Shown piece by piece: positions 18,482 through 27,712 of a stretch of DNA of 64,000 bases. Every line of letters begins with the position of its first letter. Position 1 is the first letter of the stretch. The notes below the pieces were generated by a model. The model ran no database searches and was not told the DNA's origin. It worked only from the letters and a program-made list of their open reading frames with translations. The translations under genes were made by a program, and so were the position numbers. The stretch spans positions 124,739 through 188,738 of the forward strand of contig JAVYRX010000002.1 in NCBI GenBank assembly GCA_038729485.1, in the 5' to 3' direction. This DNA comes from Thermoplasmatales archaeon (GTDB lineage: Archaea; Thermoplasmatota; Thermoplasmata; Thermoplasmatales; GCA-001856825).

Positions 18482-18503
18482 TGATGGCATGATTAGTAAA
18501 ATA

Positions 18504-19271
18504 ATGCCGACAGATATCCTCGAAATAAAGAATCTCAACGTTTCAATAGGACAAAAGGAAATATTAAAGGACGTCAGTATTATCGTGAAGTCTGGCGAAA
18601 TACACGCTCTCATGGGTCCGAACGGAACTGGTAAGAGCACCCTCGCACAGACAGTCATTGGTAACCCAAAATATAAGGTGAACGGCGGCTCGATCCTCCT
18701 GAATGGGAAAAATCTAACAACACTTCAAATATATGAAAGAGCAAGGGAGGGCCTCTTCGTGGCCTTTCAGGAGCCGGTATCCGTACAGGGACTAAGGTTC
18801 ATAAATTATCTGAGGACCGCATATACGTCCCTTCATCCGAATGAGAAGCTTGAATACAAGAAATTTGTGGATGAGGTAAAGGAGCTTTTGGGTTATTTTG
18901 GGCTTGACAATAGTTTCATAGATAGGGGATTGAATGATGGCCTTTCCGGCGGGGAGAAGAAGAGGATGGAAGCATTGCAGATGCTCATGCTAAAACCAAA
19001 ATTCATAATTCTGGACGAAATAGACTCTGGTCTTGACGTTGATGCTTTGCGTGTTGTCTCCAAGGCAATAGGCAGGGCTAGAGACAGTGGTGCGGGCGTA
19101 ATAATCATAACTCATTACCAAAGAATTTTGGAGCATATCAAGCCAGATTTCGTCCATGTGCTGATAAATGGGAAGATCGCCGAGAGCGGTAAAGGTGAGC
19201 TTGCAAAGTTGATAGAAGAAAGGGGATATGACTACTATAGAGGTGGTGAAGTAGATGCAAAAATTGAATGA
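18504..19271 (+). CDS. sufC: Fe-S cluster assembly ATPase SufC
   Basis: Walker A GPNGTGKST, LSGGEKKR and Walker B ILDEIDSGLD. The start was chosen at the internal ATG (MPTDILEIKNL) because the TATA box falls inside the longer ORF (18471). Confidence 0.9.
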   Translation: MPTDILEIKNLNVSIGQKEILKDVSIIVKSGEIHALMGPNGTGKSTLAQTVIGNPKYKVNGGSILLNGKNLTTLQIYERAREGLFVAFQEPVSVQGLRFINYLRTAYTSLHPNEKLEYKKFVDEVKELLGYFGLDNSFIDRGLNDGLSGGEKKRMEALQMLMLKPKFIILDEIDSGLDVDALRVVSKAIGRARDSGAGVIIITHYQRILEHIKPDFVHVLINGKIAESGKGELAKLIEERGYDYYRGGEVDAKIE

Positions 19272-20679
19272 GAATAGTGTTGAGGAAGTAAAGAAAGTGA
19301 ACGAAATCAAGTATGATTTCGTAACGAATGTTAAGCCTGCTTTCCAGACGGATAGAGGTCTGAGTAGGAAGATCGTAGAGGATATATCGAAGGAAAAGAA
19401 GGAGCCAGAATGGATGCGGAATATCCGTTTGAGAGCTCTTGATATCTTCCTGTCAAAGCCTGTTCCTACCTGGGGACCAGATCTATCGGAACTTAATTTC
19501 GACGAGATCACTTACTACATTAAACCCGAAGACAGGAAAGCGAACAACTGGGATGAAGTGCCTGAGGAGATTAAAAACACGTTTGAAAAACTTGGTGTCC
19601 CGGAGATGGAGAGGAAATACCTCTCAGGAAGCGTTGCACAGCTTCAGTCACAGGGGGTGTACTCCAGACTAAAGAAACAGTGGGAAGAGAAGGGAGTTAT
19701 ATTCATGGATATGGACAGCGCCCTTCAAATGTATCCTGACATCGTTAAGGAACACTTCGGGAGGATTGTACCTCCTTCGGATAACAAATTTGCTGCCCTT
19801 AACACGGCTGTTTGGTCCGGAGGGTCTTTCTTGTACGTGCCTAGGGGAGTGCAACTTGACCTGCCCGTTCAGGCATACTTCAGGATGAATGGTGCGCTTG
19901 AAGGCCAATTTGAGAGGACTTTAATAATCGCAGAACCAGGTGCATCTGTTCATTATATAGAGGGATGCACGGCACCTACGTACAGTCAGTATTCCCTGCA
20001 CGCTGCCATCGTTGAGGTATACGTTAAGGCGAATTCAAAAGTTAGATATACGTCAGTGCAGAACTGGTCTGACAATATAATAAATGGCCCAACTAAGAGG
20101 GCGTGGGTAGAAGAAAATGCCAGGATGGAGTGGGTTCAGGGCTCCCTTGGATCAAAGATTACCATGACTTATCCTTCATCAATACTCAGAGGAGAATATG
20201 CAAGCACATCCAACCTGAATGTTGCCCTAGCAATTGGACCCGTATGGAAAGACAATGGAGCAAAGGTCATCCATGCGGCTCCAAATACGAGCTCGAAGGT
20301 CGTAGCAAAGAGCATCTCGGGCAAGGGTGGAATGGCTGTATACAGGGGACAACTGAGAATTAACAATGGAGCCTACAATTCAAAAGCGTCTGTGCAGTGC
20401 GATGCTCTTATACTTGATGATGTGTCGAAGAGCAATACCTATCCACACAATGAGGTTCTTGAACAAGGCGCGGCCTTCTCCCATGAAGCTTCGGTCGGAA
20501 AGATATCAGAGGAGCAGGTAGATTACCTGATGAGCAGGGGCATAAGGGAAGAGGACGCAAGATCTCTTATAGTTCTTGGTTTCCTCGACGACGTGCTCAA
20601 GGAAATACCGCTGGAATATTCTATAGAATTTAACAAGCTAGTAAAACTGGAAATGGGAAAGTACGGTGCTGTGGGTTGA
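19255..20679 (+). CDS. sufB: Fe-S cluster assembly protein SufB
   Basis: 474 aa. It lies between sufC and sufD with overlapping stops and starts, and has a SufB/D beta-helix region (IEGCTAP...). Confidence 0.9.
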   Translation: MQKLNENSVEEVKKVNEIKYDFVTNVKPAFQTDRGLSRKIVEDISKEKKEPEWMRNIRLRALDIFLSKPVPTWGPDLSELNFDEITYYIKPEDRKANNWDEVPEEIKNTFEKLGVPEMERKYLSGSVAQLQSQGVYSRLKKQWEEKGVIFMDMDSALQMYPDIVKEHFGRIVPPSDNKFAALNTAVWSGGSFLYVPRGVQLDLPVQAYFRMNGALEGQFERTLIIAEPGASVHYIEGCTAPTYSQYSLHAAIVEVYVKANSKVRYTSVQNWSDNIINGPTKRAWVEENARMEWVQGSLGSKITMTYPSSILRGEYASTSNLNVALAIGPVWKDNGAKVIHAAPNTSSKVVAKSISGKGGMAVYRGQLRINNGAYNSKASVQCDALILDDVSKSNTYPHNEVLEQGAAFSHEASVGKISEEQVDYLMSRGIREEDARSLIVLGFLDDVLKEIPLEYSIEFNKLVKLEMGKYGAVG

Positions 20680-21851
20680 GCTTCGAAGAGATTGTTCTGG
20701 AAAAGAAGAAAAAAGCTGAACAAATTCCGCTGCTAGCACAACACGACTCTCCGTCTGTCAAGAGCTACACCCCTATAAGAGACGAAGAAGTCGCGCCGCT
20801 CCTCAATACGAAGAAACTTGGGTGTGCAGGAATGCAAAGAAACGTGACAACGCATAACGGATCTCCTTGCAGGTTATTTGCCAGGGGATCTTTTACATTC
20901 CTTCCCATTGATGAGGCAATAAAGGGCAATCTAGTAAAGGGGGAGGAGCTTTTCAATGAAGAATACGATAAACTAAGCGCGATAAATCAAGGGTATTTTA
21001 ACGACGGGTTCTATATAGGTATCCCTGAAAAATTCAACGATGAAAAGATGATGAGCATTCTTCATACCGGCGATACTGATTTCAATGCACGGAATTTAAT
21101 AAAGATCGGAAAGAATTCATCCGTTAAAATCCTCGAAAATTTTGTAATGACTGGAAATGCAAGAGTATCGCACGGCACTGTGATAAGACTTGGGGAAAAT
21201 TCTACTCTTGACTTATATCTCCTTGAGGATAGTGCCAGTACTGATCTCAGCTACATTGAAAGAACCATTATAATGCAAAGGTATTCTACTGTTAAGATAC
21301 ATCACTTGGCCCTTCCGGGAAGGAGGAGCATAAGCAGAATCCGTGTTATCCAGGAAGGGGAGCATGCGGAATCCAGATATTACGGGGCCGCAATCGGCAA
21401 AGGGAGCGAACATCTTGATTTGGAGGTCTATTCTGACCACAAGATTCCTCATGGAAGGAACGACACTGTATTCAAGGCCATTCTTGGCGGTAAATCGTCA
21501 CTCATATTCCGAGGGTTTATCAAGATAGAAGAAAAAGCCGAAGACGTGGAATCGTTCCTATTAGCCAACTTGCTCATCCTATCTGAGGAAGCGGTTGGAA
21601 ATGCACTGCCGGTTCTAGAAATCTACAACGGGCAGGTAAAAGCGAAACATGGGGAGACTGTTTCCAACATTTCCGAAGACGAGATGTTTTATTTGATGAG
21701 CAGAGGGCTCGATACTATACAGGCGAAGAAGGCCATAATAGAAGGATTTATTAGTCCTGTGATCTATCCTCTTCCAGAAGACATTTCAAGGAAATACCTT
21801 GAAATTGTTGAAGAAGTGGTTAGTAGTGATCAGCGTAAGCAAAATACGTGA
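20676..21851 (+). CDS. sufD: Fe-S cluster assembly protein SufD
   Basis: 391 aa paralogue-like protein downstream of sufB, with a TTG start and a 4-nt overlap. Confidence 0.8.
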   Translation: MSFEEIVLEKKKKAEQIPLLAQHDSPSVKSYTPIRDEEVAPLLNTKKLGCAGMQRNVTTHNGSPCRLFARGSFTFLPIDEAIKGNLVKGEELFNEEYDKLSAINQGYFNDGFYIGIPEKFNDEKMMSILHTGDTDFNARNLIKIGKNSSVKILENFVMTGNARVSHGTVIRLGENSTLDLYLLEDSASTDLSYIERTIIMQRYSTVKIHHLALPGRRSISRIRVIQEGEHAESRYYGAAIGKGSEHLDLEVYSDHKIPHGRNDTVFKAILGGKSSLIFRGFIKIEEKAEDVESFLLANLLILSEEAVGNALPVLEIYNGQVKAKHGETVSNISEDEMFYLMSRGLDTIQAKKAIIEGFISPVIYPLPEDISRKYLEIVEEVVSSDQRKQNT

Positions 21852-23091
21852 TGATTTCCCGATTTTGAAGAAGGAGATAAACGGAAAAAGAATAGTTTAT
21901 TTGGATTCTACAGCAACCACGCAAAAACCCAGACAGGTAATCGATGCCATTGTGGATTATTACGAAAATCTAAATGCCAACGTGCATAGGTCAGTTTATT
22001 GGCTTGGAGATCAGGCAACGGAGGCCTATGAAGGCTCGAGGAGGAAGGTTGCTGACTTCATCGGAGCCAAGAGCGAGGAAATCGTTTTCACCAGAAACAC
22101 AACAGAGAGCATTAACCTGATATCCTTTTCTTTGGAGAACACGTTAAAAAAGGGAGACAGGATTTTGATAACGTCTATGGAACACCACAGCAACATACTG
22201 CCATGGATGAGACTGGAAGAGAGGGGTATAATTTTAGATTATGTTGACTTCACTGATGAAGGCCTCCTCGATCTTGAAGATTTCAAAAGGAAACTTAAGA
22301 AAGAAACAAAGATCGTTTCCATCACACATGAATCTAACGTTCTTGGAACAATAAATCCTGTTGAGGAACTCGGTAAAATGGCCAAGGAAAACAGCTCTAT
22401 TTTTATCGTAGATGCTGCTCAGTCTGTTCCGCACATGCCTTTCAAGATCAAGGAACAGTATGACTTCGTTGCTTTTTCAGGGCATAAGATGTTGGGCCCG
22501 ATGGGTATAGGAGTCTTATACGGGAAATACGAAAAGCTTGACAACATGCAACCCTTCAACAGGGGAGGGGAGATGATCAAGGACGTGGATTTTCATAGCG
22601 TTGTATTTGAGGATCCTCCGATAAAATTTGAGGCTGGAACGCCAAATGTCGAGGGGGCGGTCGGTCTTGCAGCTGCAGTAGATTACTTAAAGACCATTGG
22701 GATGGAAAATGTCAGAGAGCACGAGAAATATCTTACGTCCCTTACCCTTAGGGGCATCGAAGATTTGAAGAACGTCGTATATTATGGACCAAGAGACCCT
22801 GGGAAAAGGGGCGGAGTCATCGCTTTCAACGTGAAGGGGGCAAGAAGCAGGGTGAAATATGACCTTGAAAAAAGCAATCTAAGAGTTGAAGGCCTTTATC
22901 ATTCACATGACATTGCCACCTTTCTTGATGGATCGAATATCTACGTAAGATCAGGACATCACTGTGCAGAACCCCTTGCCCGTTCTCTAGGTTTGACTGG
23001 GACAGCCAGAGCTTCTTTTTACGTTTACAACGATGAGGACGACGCCATGGCGCTGTTGAAAGCCCTCGGTGAAATAGATGTACACAGATGA
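21799..23091 (+). CDS. sufS: Cysteine desulfurase SufS (class II aminotransferase V)
   Basis: It has the PLP Lys in FSGHKMLGP and the catalytic Cys in RSGHHCAEP. The true start may be GTG 21826 (VISVSKIRDDFPIL). Confidence 0.9.
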   Translation: MKLLKKWLVVISVSKIRDDFPILKKEINGKRIVYLDSTATTQKPRQVIDAIVDYYENLNANVHRSVYWLGDQATEAYEGSRRKVADFIGAKSEEIVFTRNTTESINLISFSLENTLKKGDRILITSMEHHSNILPWMRLEERGIILDYVDFTDEGLLDLEDFKRKLKKETKIVSITHESNVLGTINPVEELGKMAKENSSIFIVDAAQSVPHMPFKIKEQYDFVAFSGHKMLGPMGIGVLYGKYEKLDNMQPFNRGGEMIKDVDFHSVVFEDPPIKFEAGTPNVEGAVGLAAAVDYLKTIGMENVREHEKYLTSLTLRGIEDLKNVVYYGPRDPGKRGGVIAFNVKGARSRVKYDLEKSNLRVEGLYHSHDIATFLDGSNIYVRSGHHCAEPLARSLGLTGTARASFYVYNDEDDAMALLKALGEIDVHR

Positions 23092-23434
23092 AGTGATGGA
23101 CAGGTATGAAAATCCCGTTAAACGCGGGACACTGGAGAGCTTCAACGTGAAGATAGATGAGGCCTCTACAACTTGCGGAGATAGGATTATTCTGTACTTG
23201 AAACTGGAGAACGGCAAAATATCTGACATAAGCTGGGAAGGCGACGGCTGCATACTTTCCGTAGTTTCGACAGACTTGTTCTGCGAAAATTCCATTGGAA
23301 AGGAACTGAAAGACGTTGCAGGACAGGACGAGATGAAGTACGTGGATAATTTCCCAGTGAAGATAACCCCGGGCAGGCTGAATTGTGTCCTGCTGCCACT
23401 TCGTGCTCTAAAAAGAGGCATCAAAGAAAAATAA
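23078..23434 (+). CDS. sufU: SufU/IscU-like Fe-S scaffold or sulfur acceptor
   Basis: 118 aa with YENPVKRG, TCGD and GDGC motifs typical of the NifU-N/SufU family. Confidence 0.65.
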   Translation: MYTDEVMDRYENPVKRGTLESFNVKIDEASTTCGDRIILYLKLENGKISDISWEGDGCILSVVSTDLFCENSIGKELKDVAGQDEMKYVDNFPVKITPGRLNCVLLPLRALKRGIKEK

Positions 23435-23456
23435 ATTACTACCAAAGGATTGCACT

Positions 23457-24353
23457 TTGATGCAGAACATATCTGAGCTTATCTCATCGGCAAAGAGAGG
23501 CAGCAGAAGGGACGTAGGGCGTCTCCTGACGATTATTGAGAATAGGAGCAAAGGATACAGGGAAATTCTTGATGAAATCAGCGGGAAGAGAGATGCATTC
23601 GTAATAGGCGTTACGGGACCGCCAGGAGTTGGCAAAAGTTCTCTTATTTCACGCCTCGCAAAAAAAATTTCAACCGGGGGAAGGATTGCAATAATAATGA
23701 TCGATGCGTCTAGTCCTTTCACTGGAGGTTCCTTGTTGGGAAACAGGCTCAGACTCGAGGAAGAGGAGAACGTATACGTTAGAAGCATGGCTACAAGGGG
23801 ATCAACCGGAGGGCTAAGCCTTGCCATTGGTGATTCAATAGATCTCCTCTCCTTTCTTGGTTTCAAGACCATAATAATTGAATCTGTGGGAACAGGCCAG
23901 GATGAGACTGATATACTTTACTATTCAGATCTAATTGCAATGGTTCTCTCTCCCGGTCTTGGCGATGAGATTCAGGCAATAAAAGCTGGTCAGATGGAAA
24001 TTGGCGATTTCATCATTCTCAATAAGGCTGACAAACCTGAGGCATTCATAGCTGAGAAGGAACTTATGGAAATTCTCAGCATACCTGACAAGGCAAAGAA
24101 ACACAAACTCTTCAGGGTATCCTGCATTACCGGGGAAGGAATAGACGGTCTTGCAGATGCAATAAAGAATGCGATACAGAAAGGACGGAATAAGGATAAT
24201 TTAGTAGAGAAGGAAAAGGAGAGAATAAGAAGAGAGATAGACGCAATTCTGAAGTCTAATGAAAAGCTCATCGAACAGCTGGCCAAAAAGATCGTCATTG
24301 GAGAGATTTCCAGAGAGAGGGCCATCAAGGATCTTCTTGACTCATTCTCGTAA
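23457..24353 (+). CDS. meaB: MeaB/ArgK-type G3E GTPase (methylmalonyl-CoA mutase chaperone family)
   Basis: P-loop GVTGPPGVGKSS, ESVGTGQ and the NKAD specificity motif. Confidence 0.75.
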   Translation: MMQNISELISSAKRGSRRDVGRLLTIIENRSKGYREILDEISGKRDAFVIGVTGPPGVGKSSLISRLAKKISTGGRIAIIMIDASSPFTGGSLLGNRLRLEEEENVYVRSMATRGSTGGLSLAIGDSIDLLSFLGFKTIIIESVGTGQDETDILYYSDLIAMVLSPGLGDEIQAIKAGQMEIGDFIILNKADKPEAFIAEKELMEILSIPDKAKKHKLFRVSCITGEGIDGLADAIKNAIQKGRNKDNLVEKEKERIRREIDAILKSNEKLIEQLAKKIVIGEISRERAIKDLLDSFS

Positions 24354-24470
24354 ATCCTGCGAAAGAAATTATAATTCTGAATCTTGCATTCGCAAGGGGT
24401 ATTTAATTCAATGATTTCAGAAACTATTTGTAAGTGTACAACGATATACTTCCGCTAAGGTGATCGTTTA

Positions 24471-25568
24471 ATGAAGGTTACTATAAGCTTGATTAAAGCG
24501 GATGTTGGCGGACTTGCGGGACATTCACGTGTTCATCCTCAGCTTAAGGACGAGGCTAAGTTAGTCCTTGAGCAGGCAAAAAATGAAGGAGTTTTAATTG
24601 ATTATCACGTTACTTCTGTGGGGGACGACCTGCAGCTTATAATGACGCACAAACAAGGAATCGATAACGAACGCGTCCATAAACTCGCCTGGGATGCTTT
24701 TCTTAAGGCAACTGAGGTTGCAAAAAAATTGAAGCTCTATGGGGCGGGCCAGGATCTGCTGAAGGATTCATTTTCGGGGAATCTCAAGGGAATGGGCCCT
24801 GGCATTGCGGAGATGGAATTTGAAGAAAGGAAGAGCGAGCCTGTTGTTGCATTCATGATGGATAAGACTGAGCCTGGAGCTTTCAATTTGCCGATATTTA
24901 AGATGTTCGCAGACCCGTTTAACACGCCTGGCCTCATAATAGATCCGGCCATGCACGATGGATTTATTTTTGAAATATGGGATGTAGTGGCTCATAAAAA
25001 AATGATGCTTAGGGCCCCTGCTGAAACATATGACCTTCTCGCCCTAATAGGCTCGAAAAGCAGGTACATAATTAAGAGGGTATTTCCCTCTAAAAACGAC
25101 AAGGAACCGGTGGCTGTAGTAAGCACGGACATTCTTCACGAGATTGCCGGGAAGTACGTCGGAAAGGACGATCCAGTTGCTTTGGTTAGAGCGCAGGCAG
25201 GGCTTCCGGCCATGGGGGAAATACTGGAGGCATTTTCATTCCCGCATCTTGTTTCTGGATGGATGAGGGGAAGTCACAATGGGCCGCTTATGCCTGTTTC
25301 CATTCAGGATGCTACTCCTTCTAGATTCGACGGCCCTCCCAGAGTCATCGGCCTAGGGTTTCAACTAGCCGAGGGAAGGCTCATAGGCCCTGCAGACCTT
25401 CTCGGTGATAAAGCATTCGACGGAGCTAGGCAGCTTGCGGGACAAATTGCAGATTATCTGAGAAGAAATGGACCGTTTGAACCTCACAGGCTACCAGAAG
25501 CTGAGATGGAGTACACCTCACTGCCGGAGATACAGAAGAAACTTCAATCAAGAATGGTCGACCTTTGA
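24471..25568 (+). CDS. fbp: Fructose-1,6-bisphosphate aldolase/phosphatase (type V FBPase)
   Basis: 365 aa with the characteristic N-terminus MKVTISLIKADVGGLAGH. Confidence 0.9.
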   Translation: MKVTISLIKADVGGLAGHSRVHPQLKDEAKLVLEQAKNEGVLIDYHVTSVGDDLQLIMTHKQGIDNERVHKLAWDAFLKATEVAKKLKLYGAGQDLLKDSFSGNLKGMGPGIAEMEFEERKSEPVVAFMMDKTEPGAFNLPIFKMFADPFNTPGLIIDPAMHDGFIFEIWDVVAHKKMMLRAPAETYDLLALIGSKSRYIIKRVFPSKNDKEPVAVVSTDILHEIAGKYVGKDDPVALVRAQAGLPAMGEILEAFSFPHLVSGWMRGSHNGPLMPVSIQDATPSRFDGPPRVIGLGFQLAEGRLIGPADLLGDKAFDGARQLAGQIADYLRRNGPFEPHRLPEAEMEYTSLPEIQKKLQSRMVDL

Positions 25569-26158
25569 TGCCTCCTAATAACTTCAAGGGAATGATATTG
25601 AAAGACAGAATATTAGACATTCTCGGCGGAGACGGCAAGTCCATATCAGAAATATACAAAGAAATAAACATGGACGAAGAGACTAAAATACACAGACTTG
25701 CCCTGACTGGGTATCTCTGGGCTATGGCCGACCTGAACATACTTAGGGAAAAATACGTTAAGCCATCTAAAATATACTACCCAATAAAGAGAGACGAAAG
25801 ATCGATATACCAGATTGTGGCGGAACAAGTTTCAAATGACCCAATCGACAAAAGAGGGGAAGAGGTTCTCTATGTCCTCTATACGCTGTTCGAACGACCA
25901 ATTTTCGAGAATGAGCTAGAAAAGGCTGGAATAACGGGAAATGTTAAGGCAAAAAGACTTGACAAGAAGGAGAGGAAAAAACTACTAAGCAGGGCGGACA
26001 TAAAAATAAAGAAGATACCTCCCGACGACGACGCATATATACCTATAACTAGCTATCCAGCATTAACCCTGAGAATCCTGAGCAAGATCATCTCGCAGGC
26101 CTATGACATAAAGAGGGAAAACAACGGCATTCAGAAAGAGCTTGACAGCCTCGTTTAG
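25568..26158 (+). CDS. Hypothetical protein with a possible winged-helix N-terminus
   Basis: 196 aa. Its ATG overlaps the fbp stop (TGATG). The N-terminal pattern RILDIL...SISEIYKEI...KYVKPSKIYYP is wHTH-like. Confidence 0.45.
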   Translation: MPPNNFKGMILKDRILDILGGDGKSISEIYKEINMDEETKIHRLALTGYLWAMADLNILREKYVKPSKIYYPIKRDERSIYQIVAEQVSNDPIDKRGEEVLYVLYTLFERPIFENELEKAGITGNVKAKRLDKKERKKLLSRADIKIKKIPPDDDAYIPITSYPALTLRILSKIISQAYDIKRENNGIQKELDSLV

Positions 26159-27600
26159 CTAAAACCGAGGATTCTCCGTTCTTTGAGGAATGACAGATCG
26201 TTCCTGTATATTTCCCTGATGTCGTCCAGGCCTAATACCACCATAAGAAGGCGTTCAAGACCTAGTCCCCACGCTGCAACATTGTATTTTACACCCCAAG
26301 GCTTAATGACTTCCGGCCTGAACATGCCTGCTCCCCCTAGCTCCATCTCCTTACCCTTGAACCTGCCGTAAACTTCCAGAGATGGCTCCGTATACGGGAA
26401 ATAGCTGGGTTTTACTCTTATTTCTTTAACTCCGATCCTCCCATAAAAGTCCTTAAGGGTATCTATGAGAACTCCAAACGTAACTCCCTTGCCGGAGATC
26501 ACTCCTTCAACCTGAGAGAACTCAGAAAGGTGCTTAGAATCAGTTGCCTCCCTCCTGAATATTTTTTCAACTGAGAAGATCCTGCATTCCTCATTCGGAT
26601 GCTCAACTATATACCTTATGGTATTTACAGTTGTATGAGTCCTCAGTAAAAGCTTCGACGCCTCTTCCTTTGACCAGGGATATTGCCACCCCCTTGAACC
26701 TCGTATCCCCCTCTCATGCACCTTCTTTACTCTCCTTGAAAGCGCGGGGTCCACTTCACCGATACCATCCAGATAAAACGTGTCCTGCATATCTCTAGCT
26801 GGATGATCCTGGGGAATAAAGAGAATGTCCATGTTCCAGAATGCGGTTTCAACAATGTGGCCTCTTAGCTCCTTGAAACCCATGTCGAGCATCACCCTCC
26901 TAACCTCGGCGATGAATTCGGAAAGTGGATGAACTTTTGATGGAAGGTAACGCGGCGCATAGAGGGTCGGATCGTAAGGCCTGAATTGAATTCCAGAACT
27001 ATATCTCCCTATTATTTCGGGCGTTATTTGAGAAACTTCCTCAGTTTCCATTAAATCTTCAGGAGAAAGCTGTTCAGCCAGTGCAGTCAGCTTAATTGTC
27101 CGCTCCATTTTTATTTTTTCACCAACAAATCCTTTCCTCTGTTTTAACAATAGTATATCATCTTCAGTGTAATTGCCTGAGGAAACATGTTGCAGGGCGT
27201 CTTTAACTTTTTTGATCCTGTCTTCTAATTCGTCCAGCTTAACAGAAACGATGAACCCGTCCTTTACCTTGGCCCCGCTTTTTAGAAACTCTGCAATTGC
27301 GTACCTAAGATCTCCCCCCATTTTTCCTTCCAGTTCCCTTAAGCCAGTAATGCCGGATTTGTAGAGAGACAGAAGCTTTTCCTCTGGAAGGCCCTGATCA
27401 ATAAGGCTTCTCCCTTCCTGTCCAAGAAAATAATATGATTTTGGCTTTTCTACTACAGTCACAAGTTTCTTCTCCTTGAGCCAGGAAATCGAACTTGCCA
27501 ATTCGTTTCTGCTGAACTCTGGAAAGAGCGAGTCTACTTCAACATACCCCTTTCCTTTCAAAAATTTTATCAATTTCTTTTCAGAGTTCGTAAGCTCCAT
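26155..27600 (-). CDS. pheS: Phenylalanine--tRNA ligase alpha subunit
   Basis: 481 aa with class II motifs FRREATDSKHLSEF and GAGMFRPEV...GLGLERL. Confidence 0.9.
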   Translation of the reverse strand: MELTNSEKKLIKFLKGKGYVEVDSLFPEFSRNELASSISWLKEKKLVTVVEKPKSYYFLGQEGRSLIDQGLPEEKLLSLYKSGITGLRELEGKMGGDLRYAIAEFLKSGAKVKDGFIVSVKLDELEDRIKKVKDALQHVSSGNYTEDDILLLKQRKGFVGEKIKMERTIKLTALAEQLSPEDLMETEEVSQITPEIIGRYSSGIQFRPYDPTLYAPRYLPSKVHPLSEFIAEVRRVMLDMGFKELRGHIVETAFWNMDILFIPQDHPARDMQDTFYLDGIGEVDPALSRRVKKVHERGIRGSRGWQYPWSKEEASKLLLRTHTTVNTIRYIVEHPNEECRIFSVEKIFRREATDSKHLSEFSQVEGVISGKGVTFGVLIDTLKDFYGRIGVKEIRVKPSYFPYTEPSLEVYGRFKGKEMELGGAGMFRPEVIKPWGVKYNVAAWGLGLERLLMVVLGLDDIREIYRNDLSFLKERRILGFS

Positions 27601-27712
27601 AGACTGTTATTTAAGATACGATAAAATGTTTATTCTTTTTCTTATATGAAAGATTGCGACGCAAGTTTAATTCTCAGGACAGAATTTAATAATACGGAGC
27701 AATGACCGGCAG

